64,000 nt of DNA, from NCBI GenBank assembly GCA_017882905.1, contig JADGOO010000113.1, forward strand, positions 372 through 64,371. The letters run 5' to 3'. The notes beneath the pieces were generated by a model that had not been told where the DNA came from, searched no databases, and worked only from the letters and a program-made list of their open reading frames with translations. Each line of letters starts with the position of its first letter. Positions within the stretch are counted from its first letter, which is position 1. Positions 1 to 9,025 of this stretch are shown one piece after another. This DNA comes from Acidimicrobiia bacterium. Lineage in GTDB: Bacteria; Actinomycetota; Acidimicrobiia; IMCC26256; PALSA-610. The position numbers were made by a program, and so were the translations under genes.

Positions 1-1
1 G

Positions 2-193
2 CTGGGCGAGGATGTGGGCGCGTTCGTGGTGCTGAAGCCTGGGCGCACCCTCGACACCGACGCGCTCCAAGCGTTCTGCGCGCAGCACCTCGCCGACTAC
101 AAGCGCCCACGAGTGGTCCACTTCGTGGCCGAGCTCCCCCGCAACGCCACCGGCAAGGTCATGAAGCACAAGCTCCGCGGCTCCTTCGCCTGA
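2..193 (+). CDS. Acyl-CoA synthetase/AMP-binding enzyme, C-terminal fragment (5' end outside window)
   Basis: Reads LGEDVGAFVV...LADYKRPRVVHFVAELPRNATGKVMK, the AMP-binding C-terminal domain with the PRNxxGK lysine; TGA at 191-193. Confidence 0.9.
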   Translation: MGEDVGAFVVLKPGRTLDTDALQAFCAQHLADYKRPRVVHFVAELPRNATGKVMKHKLRGSFA

Positions 194-277
194 CGCTCAC
201 GGGGGCGGGTCGGCGGCCACGACCGTCGGCGCCCGAGATGACGCAGTTCGCGGCCCGTTGCTACTGTGCGCGCCGTC

Positions 278-295
278 CCTGACAGCGGTGTCAGG
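278..295. promoter_or_regulatory. 18-bp palindromic operator-like site CCTGACA-gcgg-TGTCAGG
   Basis: Perfect 7-bp arms; lies just downstream of TACTGT (262-267, -10-like) and upstream of the RBS of the 321 gene; near-identical site at 5026-5043. Confidence 0.7.
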
Positions 296-320
296 CAACG
301 ATCGAGGAGGCCGGCGACCC

Positions 321-800
321 GTGGCGCTGACGGAGCTGAAGGGCAAGGCGCTGGGCAGCCAGCGCGTCGTCATCGAGCGGGGTCCGGTGCGCGTGTTCGC
401 GCAGGCGCTCCTCGACGAGGATGCCGTCTACGACGATGCCGCCGCGCCGGTGCCGCCCACGTTCCCGTTCGTCATGAGCTACTGGGGCTCGATGGGCCAG
501 GGCGGCGCGGCCGGCCTGCCGATCGAGAACCTGCGCGGCAAGGGTCGCGCCATCCTCCACGGCGAGCAGGAGTTCATCTACCACGGTGGCCGCTGGCCGC
601 ACGTGGGTGACACGCTCGTGGGCGAAGGCGTCATCGCCGACGTGTACGAGAAGGCGAAGAGCGACGGCGGCAAGCTCGAGTTCTACGTGACCGACACGAC
701 CTGGACCATCGAGGGTGAGACGGCACCGGCGGTCACGACGCGCTTCACGCTCGCCATCAACTGCAAGCCCGACGCGGCCGAGGCAAAGCCCCTTTCGTGA
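321..800 (+). CDS. MaoC/FAS1-like hot-dog dehydratase domain protein
   Basis: VRVFAQA...PVPPTFP...ILHGEQEFIY...VGDTL motifs; GTG at 321 preceded by GAGGAGG at 304-310. Confidence 0.8.
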   Translation: MALTELKGKALGSQRVVIERGPVRVFAQALLDEDAVYDDAAAPVPPTFPFVMSYWGSMGQGGAAGLPIENLRGKGRAILHGEQEFIYHGGRWPHVGDTLVGEGVIADVYEKAKSDGGKLEFYVTDTTWTIEGETAPAVTTRFTLAINCKPDAAEAKPLS

Positions 801-1309
801 CCGACGACGGCGCGGGCTTTCCGGCTGGATACTCGCCGCGCGAGGTCGCCGACCGCCTCGCGATCCACGATCTCCTGCGCACGTACGCGTGGGCGATCGA
901 CGCGCAGGACTGGTCGCTGCTCGACACGGTGTTCACACCCGACGCGTGGCTCGACTACTCGTCGAACCCGGGTGGCATGGCCGGCCCGTACCCCGAAGCG
1001 CGTGCGTGGCTGGCGTCGGTGATGCCGTACTTCCCGATCACCCAGCACCTCATGGCGAACACGCTCGTGGAGCTCAGCGGCGATCGCGCCACAGCCAAGA
1101 CGATGGTCGCCAATCCGCAGGGTGCGCGCCAACGCGAAGGTCGCCCGCACTTCTTCTTCGTGGGTGCTCGCTACGACGACGAGCTGGCGCGCACCAACGC
1201 GGGTTGGCGGATCACGAAGCGGGTGGAGACGACGCTGTGGTTCCAGGGATCGCTCCCACCCGAGCTCGTCGGCCCCGACGACGCCCGAAGCCCCTCCCAA
1301 CCTGCGTGA
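797..1309 (+). CDS. SnoaL-like/NTF2-family protein
   Basis: DRLAIHDLLRTYAWAIDAQDW...TQHLMAN...GARYDDELART..GWRI; GTGA overlap with the upstream stop. Confidence 0.85.
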   Translation: MTDDGAGFPAGYSPREVADRLAIHDLLRTYAWAIDAQDWSLLDTVFTPDAWLDYSSNPGGMAGPYPEARAWLASVMPYFPITQHLMANTLVELSGDRATAKTMVANPQGARQREGRPHFFFVGARYDDELARTNAGWRITKRVETTLWFQGSLPPELVGPDDARSPSQPA

Positions 1310-1347
1310 CTCGATAGCGCATAGGGCGATCTGGTCACGCAAGTTCG
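1297..1347. repeat. 51-bp REP-like palindromic element, copy 1
   Basis: ccaacctgcgtgac-N23-gtcacgcaagttcg; near-identical to 51373-51423; between convergent genes, overlapping the 1309 stop. Confidence 0.85.
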
Positions 1348-1369
1348 GGGCCGTTGGGCCTCCGGCGGG

Positions 1370-2527
1370 CTAGCTGGTCTGGCCGAGGAGCCAAGCCGCG
1401 TTGTCGTGGAAGAGTCCCGGCGCATCGCCGGGCGTGGTGGCGAAGCGCTCGGACCCGCGGGCGTAGTCGGCCAGCGGCGTGGCTGTGCCTTCGCTGTGCG
1501 GGTAGTCGCTGCACGCCATGAGCACGTCGCCGCCGATCTCGCGCGCGATGCGCGCCGGTAGCTCGTAGGAGAACGACGACACGCGCACGTGGCGCAGGAA
1601 GTACTCGCTCGGCTTCGCCACGAGGCCCGGCGGGCGCCGACCGTTGAGCTTGCTCGTGAAGTCGATGCCGCCGTCGAGCATCATCAAGTACATCGGCACC
1701 CACACCGCGCTCAGCTCCACGATGCCGAGCCGCAGCCGCGGGTGGCGTTCGAACACGCCGTTCACGATGAGGTCCGTCGAAGCCAACGCTGCAGCCGTGT
1801 ACAGGAACACCGAGTCGAGCGTTGGGATGAACGTGTCGCCACCGTCGACGTACCACGCATCATCGAACGGGCGCGGCTGATCGGCCACGTGGAACACCGG
1901 CGCGATGTCGTGATCCTCGAAGAGCGACCACGCGCGGTCCACATCAGGATGCGAGAGCGGCTTGCCGTCGACGAGCGCCGGCGCAACCATCGCGGTGCGC
2001 ACGCCCGCCGCGCTCAACGCGTGCAGCTGCGACTCGAGCCACGCGTGATCGCGCAGGTGCACGTGCGCCACGGGATGCAACGCGCCGCGGCCCTCGTGCG
2101 CGACGGTCAGGCACCAACGGTTCCATGCGGCCATGTTCGCGAGCTGCGCAGCCGGGTCGACACCGAGACGACGCTCCCAGAGCAGACCGAAGTTCGGGAA
2201 CAGCACCGCCTCGTCGACACCGAGCGCGGCGAGACCGTCTCGGCGCGCCGCAGGATCCCAGTGATCACGCGGCAGCACATCGTCCCAGCGCGCCGAACAC
2301 GGCTCGCCGCGCAGTGCTGCCTGGTGCCGGTCGCCGATCGTGCTCGTGTCGCCGGGCGTCTGGAGCTCGGCCAGCCCGAGCCGCTCACCGCGCCAGCGCA
2401 ACCAGGTCCAGCCCGCGTCGTCGTCGACGAACTCGATGGCGTCGTCGCGGTGGGCCGGATCGATGTGCTCGGCCCAGAAGCCTCGCTGCTCCACGAGGTG
2501 CTGGTCGGAGTCGATCACCCGTGTCAT
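1370..2527 (-). CDS. Amidohydrolase_2 family protein
   Basis: MTRVIDSDQH (DxDxH metal motif), PVFH, GIVELSAVW, MACSDYPHSEG. Confidence 0.85.
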   Translation of the reverse strand: MTRVIDSDQHLVEQRGFWAEHIDPAHRDDAIEFVDDDAGWTWLRWRGERLGLAELQTPGDTSTIGDRHQAALRGEPCSARWDDVLPRDHWDPAARRDGLAALGVDEAVLFPNFGLLWERRLGVDPAAQLANMAAWNRWCLTVAHEGRGALHPVAHVHLRDHAWLESQLHALSAAGVRTAMVAPALVDGKPLSHPDVDRAWSLFEDHDIAPVFHVADQPRPFDDAWYVDGGDTFIPTLDSVFLYTAAALASTDLIVNGVFERHPRLRLGIVELSAVWVPMYLMMLDGGIDFTSKLNGRRPPGLVAKPSEYFLRHVRVSSFSYELPARIAREIGGDVLMACSDYPHSEGTATPLADYARGSERFATTPGDAPGLFHDNAAWLLGQTS

Positions 2528-2547
2528 CACCTGCGAGGATGCCACAG

Positions 2548-3360
2548 ATGGTTGGCGTGCCGCTCGACCCGCCGCTCGACACCACCGCCGACGTGTACCG
2601 GCGCAGCATCATCGTGCGCGAGCTCGAACCCGGCGTGGTGCAGTGCGGGCTGGAAGACGACTTCCACCACTTCATCGTCACGGTGCGCCACTCCTACGAG
2701 CGGGTGCTCGAGGTGACGATGCACGCCGAACGGTGGCCGTGGTCGACGTGCCCGGCCGCGGGCGCGCAGCTCGCCACGCTCGCCGCGATGCCGCTCTCAC
2801 CCCGCTTCACCGACGCGGCGCGTTGGTCCGATCCGGCGAAGGCGTGCACGCACCAGTTCGACGCGGCCGCGCACGCGATCACGCATGCTGCGGGTCGCCT
2901 CACCGGCAAGCGGCCGCTCCCCGAACGGCGCTACGACTGCGAGATCGGCGCGCATATGGGACGGCCGATCGACGAGGGCGGCCGGAACCGCCTCTGGGTC
3001 GACGGCGAGCTTGCACTCGAATGGCACGTGGTCGCGGGGCGCGGCATCGTCGACGCGCCGCCTCCGTTCGACGCCGCGCCGTGGAAGGGCGGCTTCATGC
3101 GCTGGGCCGACCAGACCCTCGATCCCGATGCCGCCGAGCAGGCGATCGTGCTGCGGCGCGCGTGTGATATCGGCATGGGGCGCGGCATGCCGCTCGACGA
3201 CATCCCGGTGGCGAGCGACCTCATGGGGCAGATGGCCGGCGTGTGTTACACGATGCAGCCGGAGCACGCACCACACGGACGCCGCAACGTGGGCAACATC
3301 TTCGACTTCGCCGCCGAGCCCGGCCGGCTCGATGCGCTACGCGCGCAGCCCCACGACTGA
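2548..3360 (+). CDS. DUF2889-like conserved protein with several conserved-looking Cys/His
   Basis: YRRSI...LEDDFHHF...WPWSTCP...CTHQFD pattern recalled for DUF2889 proteins; ATG at 2548. Confidence 0.6.
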   Translation: MVGVPLDPPLDTTADVYRRSIIVRELEPGVVQCGLEDDFHHFIVTVRHSYERVLEVTMHAERWPWSTCPAAGAQLATLAAMPLSPRFTDAARWSDPAKACTHQFDAAAHAITHAAGRLTGKRPLPERRYDCEIGAHMGRPIDEGGRNRLWVDGELALEWHVVAGRGIVDAPPPFDAAPWKGGFMRWADQTLDPDAAEQAIVLRRACDIGMGRGMPLDDIPVASDLMGQMAGVCYTMQPEHAPHGRRNVGNIFDFAAEPGRLDALRAQPHD

Positions 3361-4188
3361 CGCGAACGCTTCGAGGCCGGCGACGGCATCGGGGCTGCGC
3401 CGCCACGGCGACACCAGCAATCGCGTCACACCGATCGCCTCCCACCGCGCGATGTCGTCGACCGATTCGACGGGCCCGCCGCAGCACACCTCGAAACCGT
3501 CGGCCACGCGGTCGCGGCCCGCGGCCGCGAGGAGCGCGTCGAGCAGCTCGATCTGCCGGCGCGCCGATTCGAGCGTGTGGCCCATGCCGATCCAGCCGTC
3601 GCCCAGCGACGCGGCACGCCGCAACGCGGCCTTCGACTCGCCGCCGACAAGGATCGGTGGGTGCGGCCTTTGCACCGGCTTCGGTTCGAACACCGCGCCG
3701 TCGAACGAGAAGTGCGCGCCGTGGTGCGTGACGCTCGGTTCCGTCCACAGGCGCTTGCAGACCTCGATGCACTCGTCGACCCGGCGGCCGCGCGTGGTGA
3801 AGTCGAGCTCGGCGGCGACCCATTCCTCTTCGAGCCAGCTCGCGCCGATGCCGAACTCGAAGCGGCCGCCGCTCACGATGTCGAGCGTCTGCACACCGCG
3901 CGCGGTCACGAACGGATGGCGCAGACCGATGTTGTACACGTGGGTGCCGAGGCGCACGCGTTGCGTGCGCGCGGCGAGGAACGCGAGGTAGGCGAACGCG
4001 TCGAAGATCGGCGTCTCGGGCGGTACGGGAGGATGCGCTTCACCGGGATACGGCGACCGAGACATGGCGGTCGTGAACATGAGGTGCTCCGGAAGCCATA
4101 CCGACTCGTAGCCGAGCTCGTCGGCCGCGCAGGTGACCGCATCGAAGAACGCCGGATTGCACCGGCCGAGCGCCACACCGAGCTTCAT
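3337..4188 (-). CDS. LLM-class F420-dependent oxidoreductase (TIGR03619-like)
   Basis: GYESVWLPEHL, RVRLGTHV, SGGRFEFGIGASW, PKPVQRPHPPILVGG; RBS GAGGGAGG. Confidence 0.85.
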   Translation of the reverse strand: MKLGVALGRCNPAFFDAVTCAADELGYESVWLPEHLMFTTAMSRSPYPGEAHPPVPPETPIFDAFAYLAFLAARTQRVRLGTHVYNIGLRHPFVTARGVQTLDIVSGGRFEFGIGASWLEEEWVAAELDFTTRGRRVDECIEVCKRLWTEPSVTHHGAHFSFDGAVFEPKPVQRPHPPILVGGESKAALRRAASLGDGWIGMGHTLESARRQIELLDALLAAAGRDRVADGFEVCCGGPVESVDDIARWEAIGVTRLLVSPWRRSPDAVAGLEAFASVVGLRA

Positions 4189-4221
4189 GCCCCCTCCCTC
4201 GCCGACGTCATGCGCGCGCCG

Positions 4222-5004
4222 TCATACTCCGGTACCGAAGCTGCCGTCGGCCTGGCGGATCCAGCCCGCGGCCGCGGTGTTGCCCCCGTCGACATGGACC
4301 GTGGTGCCCGTGACGAACCGGCTCCAGTCGCTCGCGAGGTAGACGCACGCGGCGGCGACGTCGTCGACGTGACCTTCGATCGGCAACGGCGTGCGCGAGC
4401 CGAAGCTGTCGCCGATTCCGGGCGTGGGGATCACGTCCATCGCGATGTTGTTCACTCTGATGCAGCGCTCGCCGAGCTCGAGAGCGAGCGTCTTCGACAG
4501 AGACACGAGCGCCGTCTTCATCGCCGCGTACACACCGAAGCCCGGCGCGGCCCGGTGCGCCTCGATCGAGGTCATGTTCACGATCGAGCCGCCGGTAACC
4601 GGCATCAGCGGCACGCACGCACGGATGAAGTGCGTGACCGACGTGAAGTTCTCCCGGATCAGTGCGTCCTGACCCTTGTCGTTCACGTCGAGGAACGGCG
4701 CGAAGAAGCCGCCACCCGCGTTGTTCACGAGGACGTCGACGTGCCCGAGCCGGGTGCCCACCTCGGCGATGTGGGCCTGCACCTGCTCGCCGTCGCGTAC
4801 GTCGAGGTAGCCCTTCACTGCGGTGCGGCCGAAGCCCTCGATCTCGGCGGCCACGGCGTCGAGCTGGGCGACGTCGCGGTCGCAGATGGCGACGTGCGCA
4901 CCGAAGCGGGCCAGGGCAAGCGCGCAGGCGCGTCCGATGCCTTGGGCGGCGCCGGTGACGACCGCGACCCGGTCGGTGAGCAGGATCGAATCGGGTTCGA
5001 GCAC
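4222..5004 (-). CDS. Short-chain dehydrogenase/reductase
   Basis: VTGAAQGIG, NNAG, YAAMK, VDGG; GTG start at 5004 inferred. Confidence 0.85.
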   Translation of the reverse strand: MLEPDSILLTDRVAVVTGAAQGIGRACALALARFGAHVAICDRDVAQLDAVAAEIEGFGRTAVKGYLDVRDGEQVQAHIAEVGTRLGHVDVLVNNAGGGFFAPFLDVNDKGQDALIRENFTSVTHFIRACVPLMPVTGGSIVNMTSIEAHRAAPGFGVYAAMKTALVSLSKTLALELGERCIRVNNIAMDVIPTPGIGDSFGSRTPLPIEGHVDDVAAACVYLASDWSRFVTGTTVHVDGGNTAAAGWIRQADGSFGTGV

Positions 5005-5025
5005 GGTCGGCGAATCTACCGGTTG

Positions 5026-5043
5026 CCTGACACGCGTGTCAGG
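5026..5043. promoter_or_regulatory. 18-bp perfect palindrome CCTGACACGCGTGTCAGG between divergent SDR genes
   Basis: Perfect palindrome in a 54-bp divergent intergenic gap; same arms as 278-295. Confidence 0.75.
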
Positions 5044-5058
5044 GTGGATGCTTCGGGG

Positions 5059-5850
5059 ATGGGATACGACTTCGCCGGTAAGCGGGTACTCGTGACAGGT
5101 GCGTCGAGCGGCATCGGTGCTGCGCTCGCACAGGGCTTCGCCATGCGGGGGGCGGTGGTCGGGATCTGTGCCCGGCGGCCCGACCGGCTCGCGGCGGTGC
5201 TCGACGGACTGCAGCAGCACTCCCCCAACTCGCGCTCGTACACGATCGACCTCGCCGACCTCGACGCCATCGACGGCTTCGCAGCCTCGGTCGTCGCCGA
5301 CCTCGGTGGCCTCGACGTGCTCGTGAACAACGCCGGCATCCCGAAGCGCCGCACCGTGATGGACGTGTCGTGGCGCGAGGTGGAGGCCGTCAATCGCATC
5401 AACTACCTGTCGCCCGTGAAGCTCACGATGGCGTTGCTCCCCACGCTGATCGCGTCGTCGGGCGAGATCATCAACATCTCGTCGGTCGCGGCTCGGCTGT
5501 CGCCACCCGCCGAGAGCGCGTACTCGGCGACGAAGGCCGCGATCACGGCTTTCTCCGAATCGATGCTCGTCGACCTCGCCATCGCGGGCCATGCCGTTGG
5601 CGTGCACGTGGTGAACCCGGGCGTGATCGACACCGAGCTGTTCCACCTGCCCGACAACGACGCGTTCACCGCGCCCGTGCAGGCCGAGCCGGTGGAATCG
5701 ATCGTGGAGCCGATCCTGTCGATGCTCGGCACCGATCAGTTCGAGCTCTACTTCCCCGAGTGGTTCGGTGACGTGGTGGCCAACAAGTTCCCCGACGTGG
5801 GCGGGTACCTGAAGGGCAACATCGCCTGGGCCCGCTCTCAAGCCACCTAG
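5059..5850 (+). CDS. Short-chain dehydrogenase/reductase
   Basis: MGYDFAGKRVLVTGASSGIG, NNAG, YSATK. Confidence 0.85.
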   Translation: MGYDFAGKRVLVTGASSGIGAALAQGFAMRGAVVGICARRPDRLAAVLDGLQQHSPNSRSYTIDLADLDAIDGFAASVVADLGGLDVLVNNAGIPKRRTVMDVSWREVEAVNRINYLSPVKLTMALLPTLIASSGEIINISSVAARLSPPAESAYSATKAAITAFSESMLVDLAIAGHAVGVHVVNPGVIDTELFHLPDNDAFTAPVQAEPVESIVEPILSMLGTDQFELYFPEWFGDVVANKFPDVGGYLKGNIAWARSQAT

Positions 5851-5859
5851 CGGCTCGGG

Positions 5860-6627
5860 TCAGTTGAGGAGGTCGGGCTGTTCCGTGGTGATCCAGTCCC
5901 AGAGTGGCTGGAACGAGAAGTAGCACGCGATCGGTGAACCCACCTGGCTGTGGGTGAGCCGGGCCACATCGGCCGGGATCTTGATCGGCGTGCCCGCGGC
6001 TTCGGCGAGGAGCTGGGCCTGGCAGGTGCGCTCCATCGTGATGAACGACCACGCCGCCTCGTCGACCGAGTAGCCCGTGGTGAGCAGCCCGTGGTTGCGC
6101 AAGATCGCGGCCTTGCGAGTGCCGAGCGTCTCGGCGATGCGGCGACCTTCGGAGAGGTCGTTCACCACACCCGTGTAGTCGTCGAACACCACGTGGTCCT
6201 CGAAGAACGCGCACGCGTCCTGGGTGAGCGGGTCGATCTCCCGACCGAGCGACGACCACGCCTTGCCGTACAGCGAGTGCGAGTGCGCGGCGGCGATCAC
6301 ATCGGGCCGCGCCTGGTGGATCTGGCTGTGGATCGCGAACGCGGCCTGGTTCACGAGCGCGTTGCCCACGACGACGGCGCCGGTGTGATCGACGCAGATC
6401 AGATCGCTCACCTTGATCAGCTTGAAGTTCATGCCGAACGGGTTCAGCCAGAAGCGGTCGAGGTGCTCGGGGTCACGTACGGTGATGTGACCGGCGATGC
6501 CCTCGTCGAAGCCGAACTTGCCGAACAGCCGGAACGCGGCGGCGAGGCGCTGCTTGCGGTGGAGCCGCTCGTCGTCGATGGAGGCGAACGACGGCAGGTA
6601 CGACAGGTTCGGGGCGAGCGCAGTCAT
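5860..6627 (-). CDS. Class II aldolase/adducin family protein
   Basis: GFDEGIAGHITVRDP, AHSHS Zn-binding histidines, AILRNHGLLT. Confidence 0.9.
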   Translation of the reverse strand: MTALAPNLSYLPSFASIDDERLHRKQRLAAAFRLFGKFGFDEGIAGHITVRDPEHLDRFWLNPFGMNFKLIKVSDLICVDHTGAVVVGNALVNQAAFAIHSQIHQARPDVIAAAHSHSLYGKAWSSLGREIDPLTQDACAFFEDHVVFDDYTGVVNDLSEGRRIAETLGTRKAAILRNHGLLTTGYSVDEAAWSFITMERTCQAQLLAEAAGTPIKIPADVARLTHSQVGSPIACYFSFQPLWDWITTEQPDLLN

Positions 6628-6672
6628 GATCCCAAGCCTACGTCGCCCTGAAATCGCTCCGCTCCGCCTGCT

Positions 6673-7338
6673 TCAGGCCGCGCCGCCGACGGTCTGCCAG
6701 CAGATGCGCGCGGTGGTCTCGACCACGTCGTCGCGGTCGATGCCGAGCGCACGGAGGTCGCCGTGGAAGGCGGCCATGCGCTCGATCAGCGCCACGAGGG
6801 CTGCGGCAGCCGCCAGCGGCGACAGCTCGTCGGCGACCACACCCGCCGCTTGGCCACGGCGCACCTGCTCCGCGAACCCTTCGATGAAGGGCCGGTTCGT
6901 GCGATTGCGAATCTCTCGGAAGCGTTGATCGCCTTCCTGCGCGGCAAGGTTGCGGGTGCGCAGCACGGCACGGTGCGTATCCCACATCTCGACGAAGCGG
7001 GTCGTGAGCTCGCGGGCGTCGCGGAGCCCGTCGGGACCCGACCACGGCGCATCGAGGAGCGCGGCCAGCGGCATGACCTCGGCCGCGCCCACCTCGTCGG
7101 CGAGCACGAGGACGGCCTCTTCCACGTCGCGGAAGTACTGGTAGTAGGTGGCCGGCGACGTCCCGACCGAACGGGTGATGTCGACGACGCGCAGGTCGCG
7201 CACCCCATGCGACTCGAGCAGCTCCGCCGTGGCGTCGAGGAGCTTGCGCCGTGTCGCCTGGCCGCGCTTGCCGATGGCACGGCCGTCGAGCGCACGTCCG
7301 TCGGGCACGGCGATGTCACTCACGTCGGCAACGCTCAC
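6673..7338 (-). CDS. TetR/AcrR family transcriptional regulator
   Basis: ATRRKLLDATAELL...VVDITRSVGTSPATYYQYF HTH; GTGA overlap with the upstream gene. Confidence 0.9.
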   Translation of the reverse strand: MSVADVSDIAVPDGRALDGRAIGKRGQATRRKLLDATAELLESHGVRDLRVVDITRSVGTSPATYYQYFRDVEEAVLVLADEVGAAEVMPLAALLDAPWSGPDGLRDARELTTRFVEMWDTHRAVLRTRNLAAQEGDQRFREIRNRTNRPFIEGFAEQVRRGQAAGVVADELSPLAAAAALVALIERMAAFHGDLRALGIDRDDVVETTARICWQTVGGAA

Positions 7339-7757
7339 TCGGCCGATTCGAAGTCGACGAAGCCAAGCTCGTCGTTCGCGGGGCGGAACGTGGCCTGGAC
7401 CCGCATCCCGATCCGCGCGGCCGACGGATCGAGGGTCGGCATGGCGGCGAGGATCCGCGCGCCGGGTTCGTCGAGGTCGACCGTGGCGATCACGAACGGG
7501 ACCCGTTCGTTGAACGGCGGCACACCGTTCTGGCGGATCACGGTGAACGAGTAGACGGTGCCGTTGCCGCTGGCCGTGACGAACGCGACCGTGTCGGCAC
7601 CGCAGTGCGAGCACAGATAGCGCGGGTAGTGCTGGTGCAGCCCGCAGGTGCTGCAGCGCTGAATGCGCAGCTCGCCGCGTCGCGCGCCCTCCCAGAACTC
7701 CCGGTCTTCGGCGTTGGGGTGCGGCACCACCCACTTCGGCGTCTCCGCCCACGTCAT
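7335..7757 (-). CDS. DUF35 (Zn-ribbon + OB-fold) thiolase partner
   Basis: REFWEG...IQRCSTCG...PRYLCSHCG...GTVYSFT...VDLDE; ATGA-coupled to the thiolase. Confidence 0.9.
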   Translation of the reverse strand: MTWAETPKWVVPHPNAEDREFWEGARRGELRIQRCSTCGLHQHYPRYLCSHCGADTVAFVTASGNGTVYSFTVIRQNGVPPFNERVPFVIATVDLDEPGARILAAMPTLDPSAARIGMRVQATFRPANDELGFVDFESAE

Positions 7758-8917
7758 CGAGGCTCCGTTCCGAGCACGACCGTGCCCTGCGTGCTCAGCC
7801 ATCCACCGCTTCCGTTGCACACCGCGATCTCGGCACCCTCGACCTGCGAGTCGCCGGCGTCGCCTCGCAGCTGCCGCGTCGCTTCGCACAACAGGTAGAG
7901 ACCGCGCATGCCGGGATGCGTGTTCGAGAGGCCACCGCCGTCGGGGTTCGTCGGCAGCGCGCCACCGAGGCGCAAGCTGCCGTCGGCGACGAACGGTCCG
8001 CCCTCGCCCTTCGGGACGAACCCGAGATCTTCCAGCGTGACCAGCACCGTGTACGTGAAGCTGTCGTACGCGCAGAACACATCGACGTCGGATGGTCGGA
8101 TCCCCGCTTCGGCGAACGCCTTCGGCCCACTGACGGCGGCCGCGGTATGCGTCATGTCGCCCATCGCCTGGATCGAGTGGTGCGTGGTGCCGCCGGCGCC
8201 ACCGCGCACGAACACGGGCCGATGCGCGAGCGCTCGCGCCCGTTCCTCGGTGGTGAGGATGATGGCGCAGCCACCGTCGGAGATCACGCAGCAATCGAGC
8301 TTGTGCAACGGATCGGCAACGAGCCGCGACGAGAGCACGTCGTCGACGGTGATGAGATCGCGGTACATCGCGCCCGCGTTGCGATGCGCGTGCTCGCGGG
8401 TCTGCACGGAGATCGACGCGAGCTGCTCGGCCGTGGTGCCGAACTCGTGCATGTGTCGCTGCGCGGCCATCGCGTACGCGCCGACCAAGGTCATTCCCGT
8501 GGGGAACTCGTACTTCATCGGGCCGGGCGGCTGCATGCCGCCCCGCCCTCCCCCACCGCCGGTGCCGAGCGTGCGACCGCTCGCCGACAGCTGGTTGTTG
8601 CCGTAGACGATCGCGATCGTGTCGACGTCGCCGGCTTCGATCGCACGGAAGGCGTGATGGGCGTGGAACTCGAAGCTGCTGCCGCCACAGCTCGTGCTGT
8701 CGAGCCAGTGTGGCTGCAGCCCGAGGTACTCGGCGACGGCGACCTCGTGCATGCCGCCGTAGCCGGCGCTCGCGAGGCCTTCGATGTCGCGGGTGGCGAG
8801 GCCGGCGTCATCGAGCGCGCGGCGGAACGACTGCGCGATGAGCTGGCTCGGCGAAAGGTCGGGCGTGACCGGACCGTCGGACAGCCCCACACCCACGACG
8901 CACACGTTGCGACCCAT
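7754..8917 (-). CDS. SCP2/SCPx-type thiolase
   Basis: STSCGGSS, HKLDCCVISDGG, AYDSFT, NPDGGGLSNTHPG. Confidence 0.9.
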   Translation of the reverse strand: MGRNVCVVGVGLSDGPVTPDLSPSQLIAQSFRRALDDAGLATRDIEGLASAGYGGMHEVAVAEYLGLQPHWLDSTSCGGSSFEFHAHHAFRAIEAGDVDTIAIVYGNNQLSASGRTLGTGGGGGRGGMQPPGPMKYEFPTGMTLVGAYAMAAQRHMHEFGTTAEQLASISVQTREHAHRNAGAMYRDLITVDDVLSSRLVADPLHKLDCCVISDGGCAIILTTEERARALAHRPVFVRGGAGGTTHHSIQAMGDMTHTAAAVSGPKAFAEAGIRPSDVDVFCAYDSFTYTVLVTLEDLGFVPKGEGGPFVADGSLRLGGALPTNPDGGGLSNTHPGMRGLYLLCEATRQLRGDAGDSQVEGAEIAVCNGSGGWLSTQGTVVLGTEPR

Positions 8918-9025
8918 CTCCCGACACTAACGAGCGCCGCTTGCGGGCCGTCAAGACGACCCGACCATCGCAGTGGCGATGGCGCGGCTCGCATCACGCA
9001 CCTGGGCATGCGCCAAGATGACGAC

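Noticed and set aside
239-250. tgacgcagttcg resembling one arm of the 51-bp repeat
   Set aside because: No partner arm at the expected distance
7754-8917. Ltp2-type steroid aldolase assignment for the thiolase/DUF35 pair
   Set aside because: The active-site Cys (SCGGSS) and His (THPG) are retained, unlike Ltp2; kept as a generic SCPx-type thiolase
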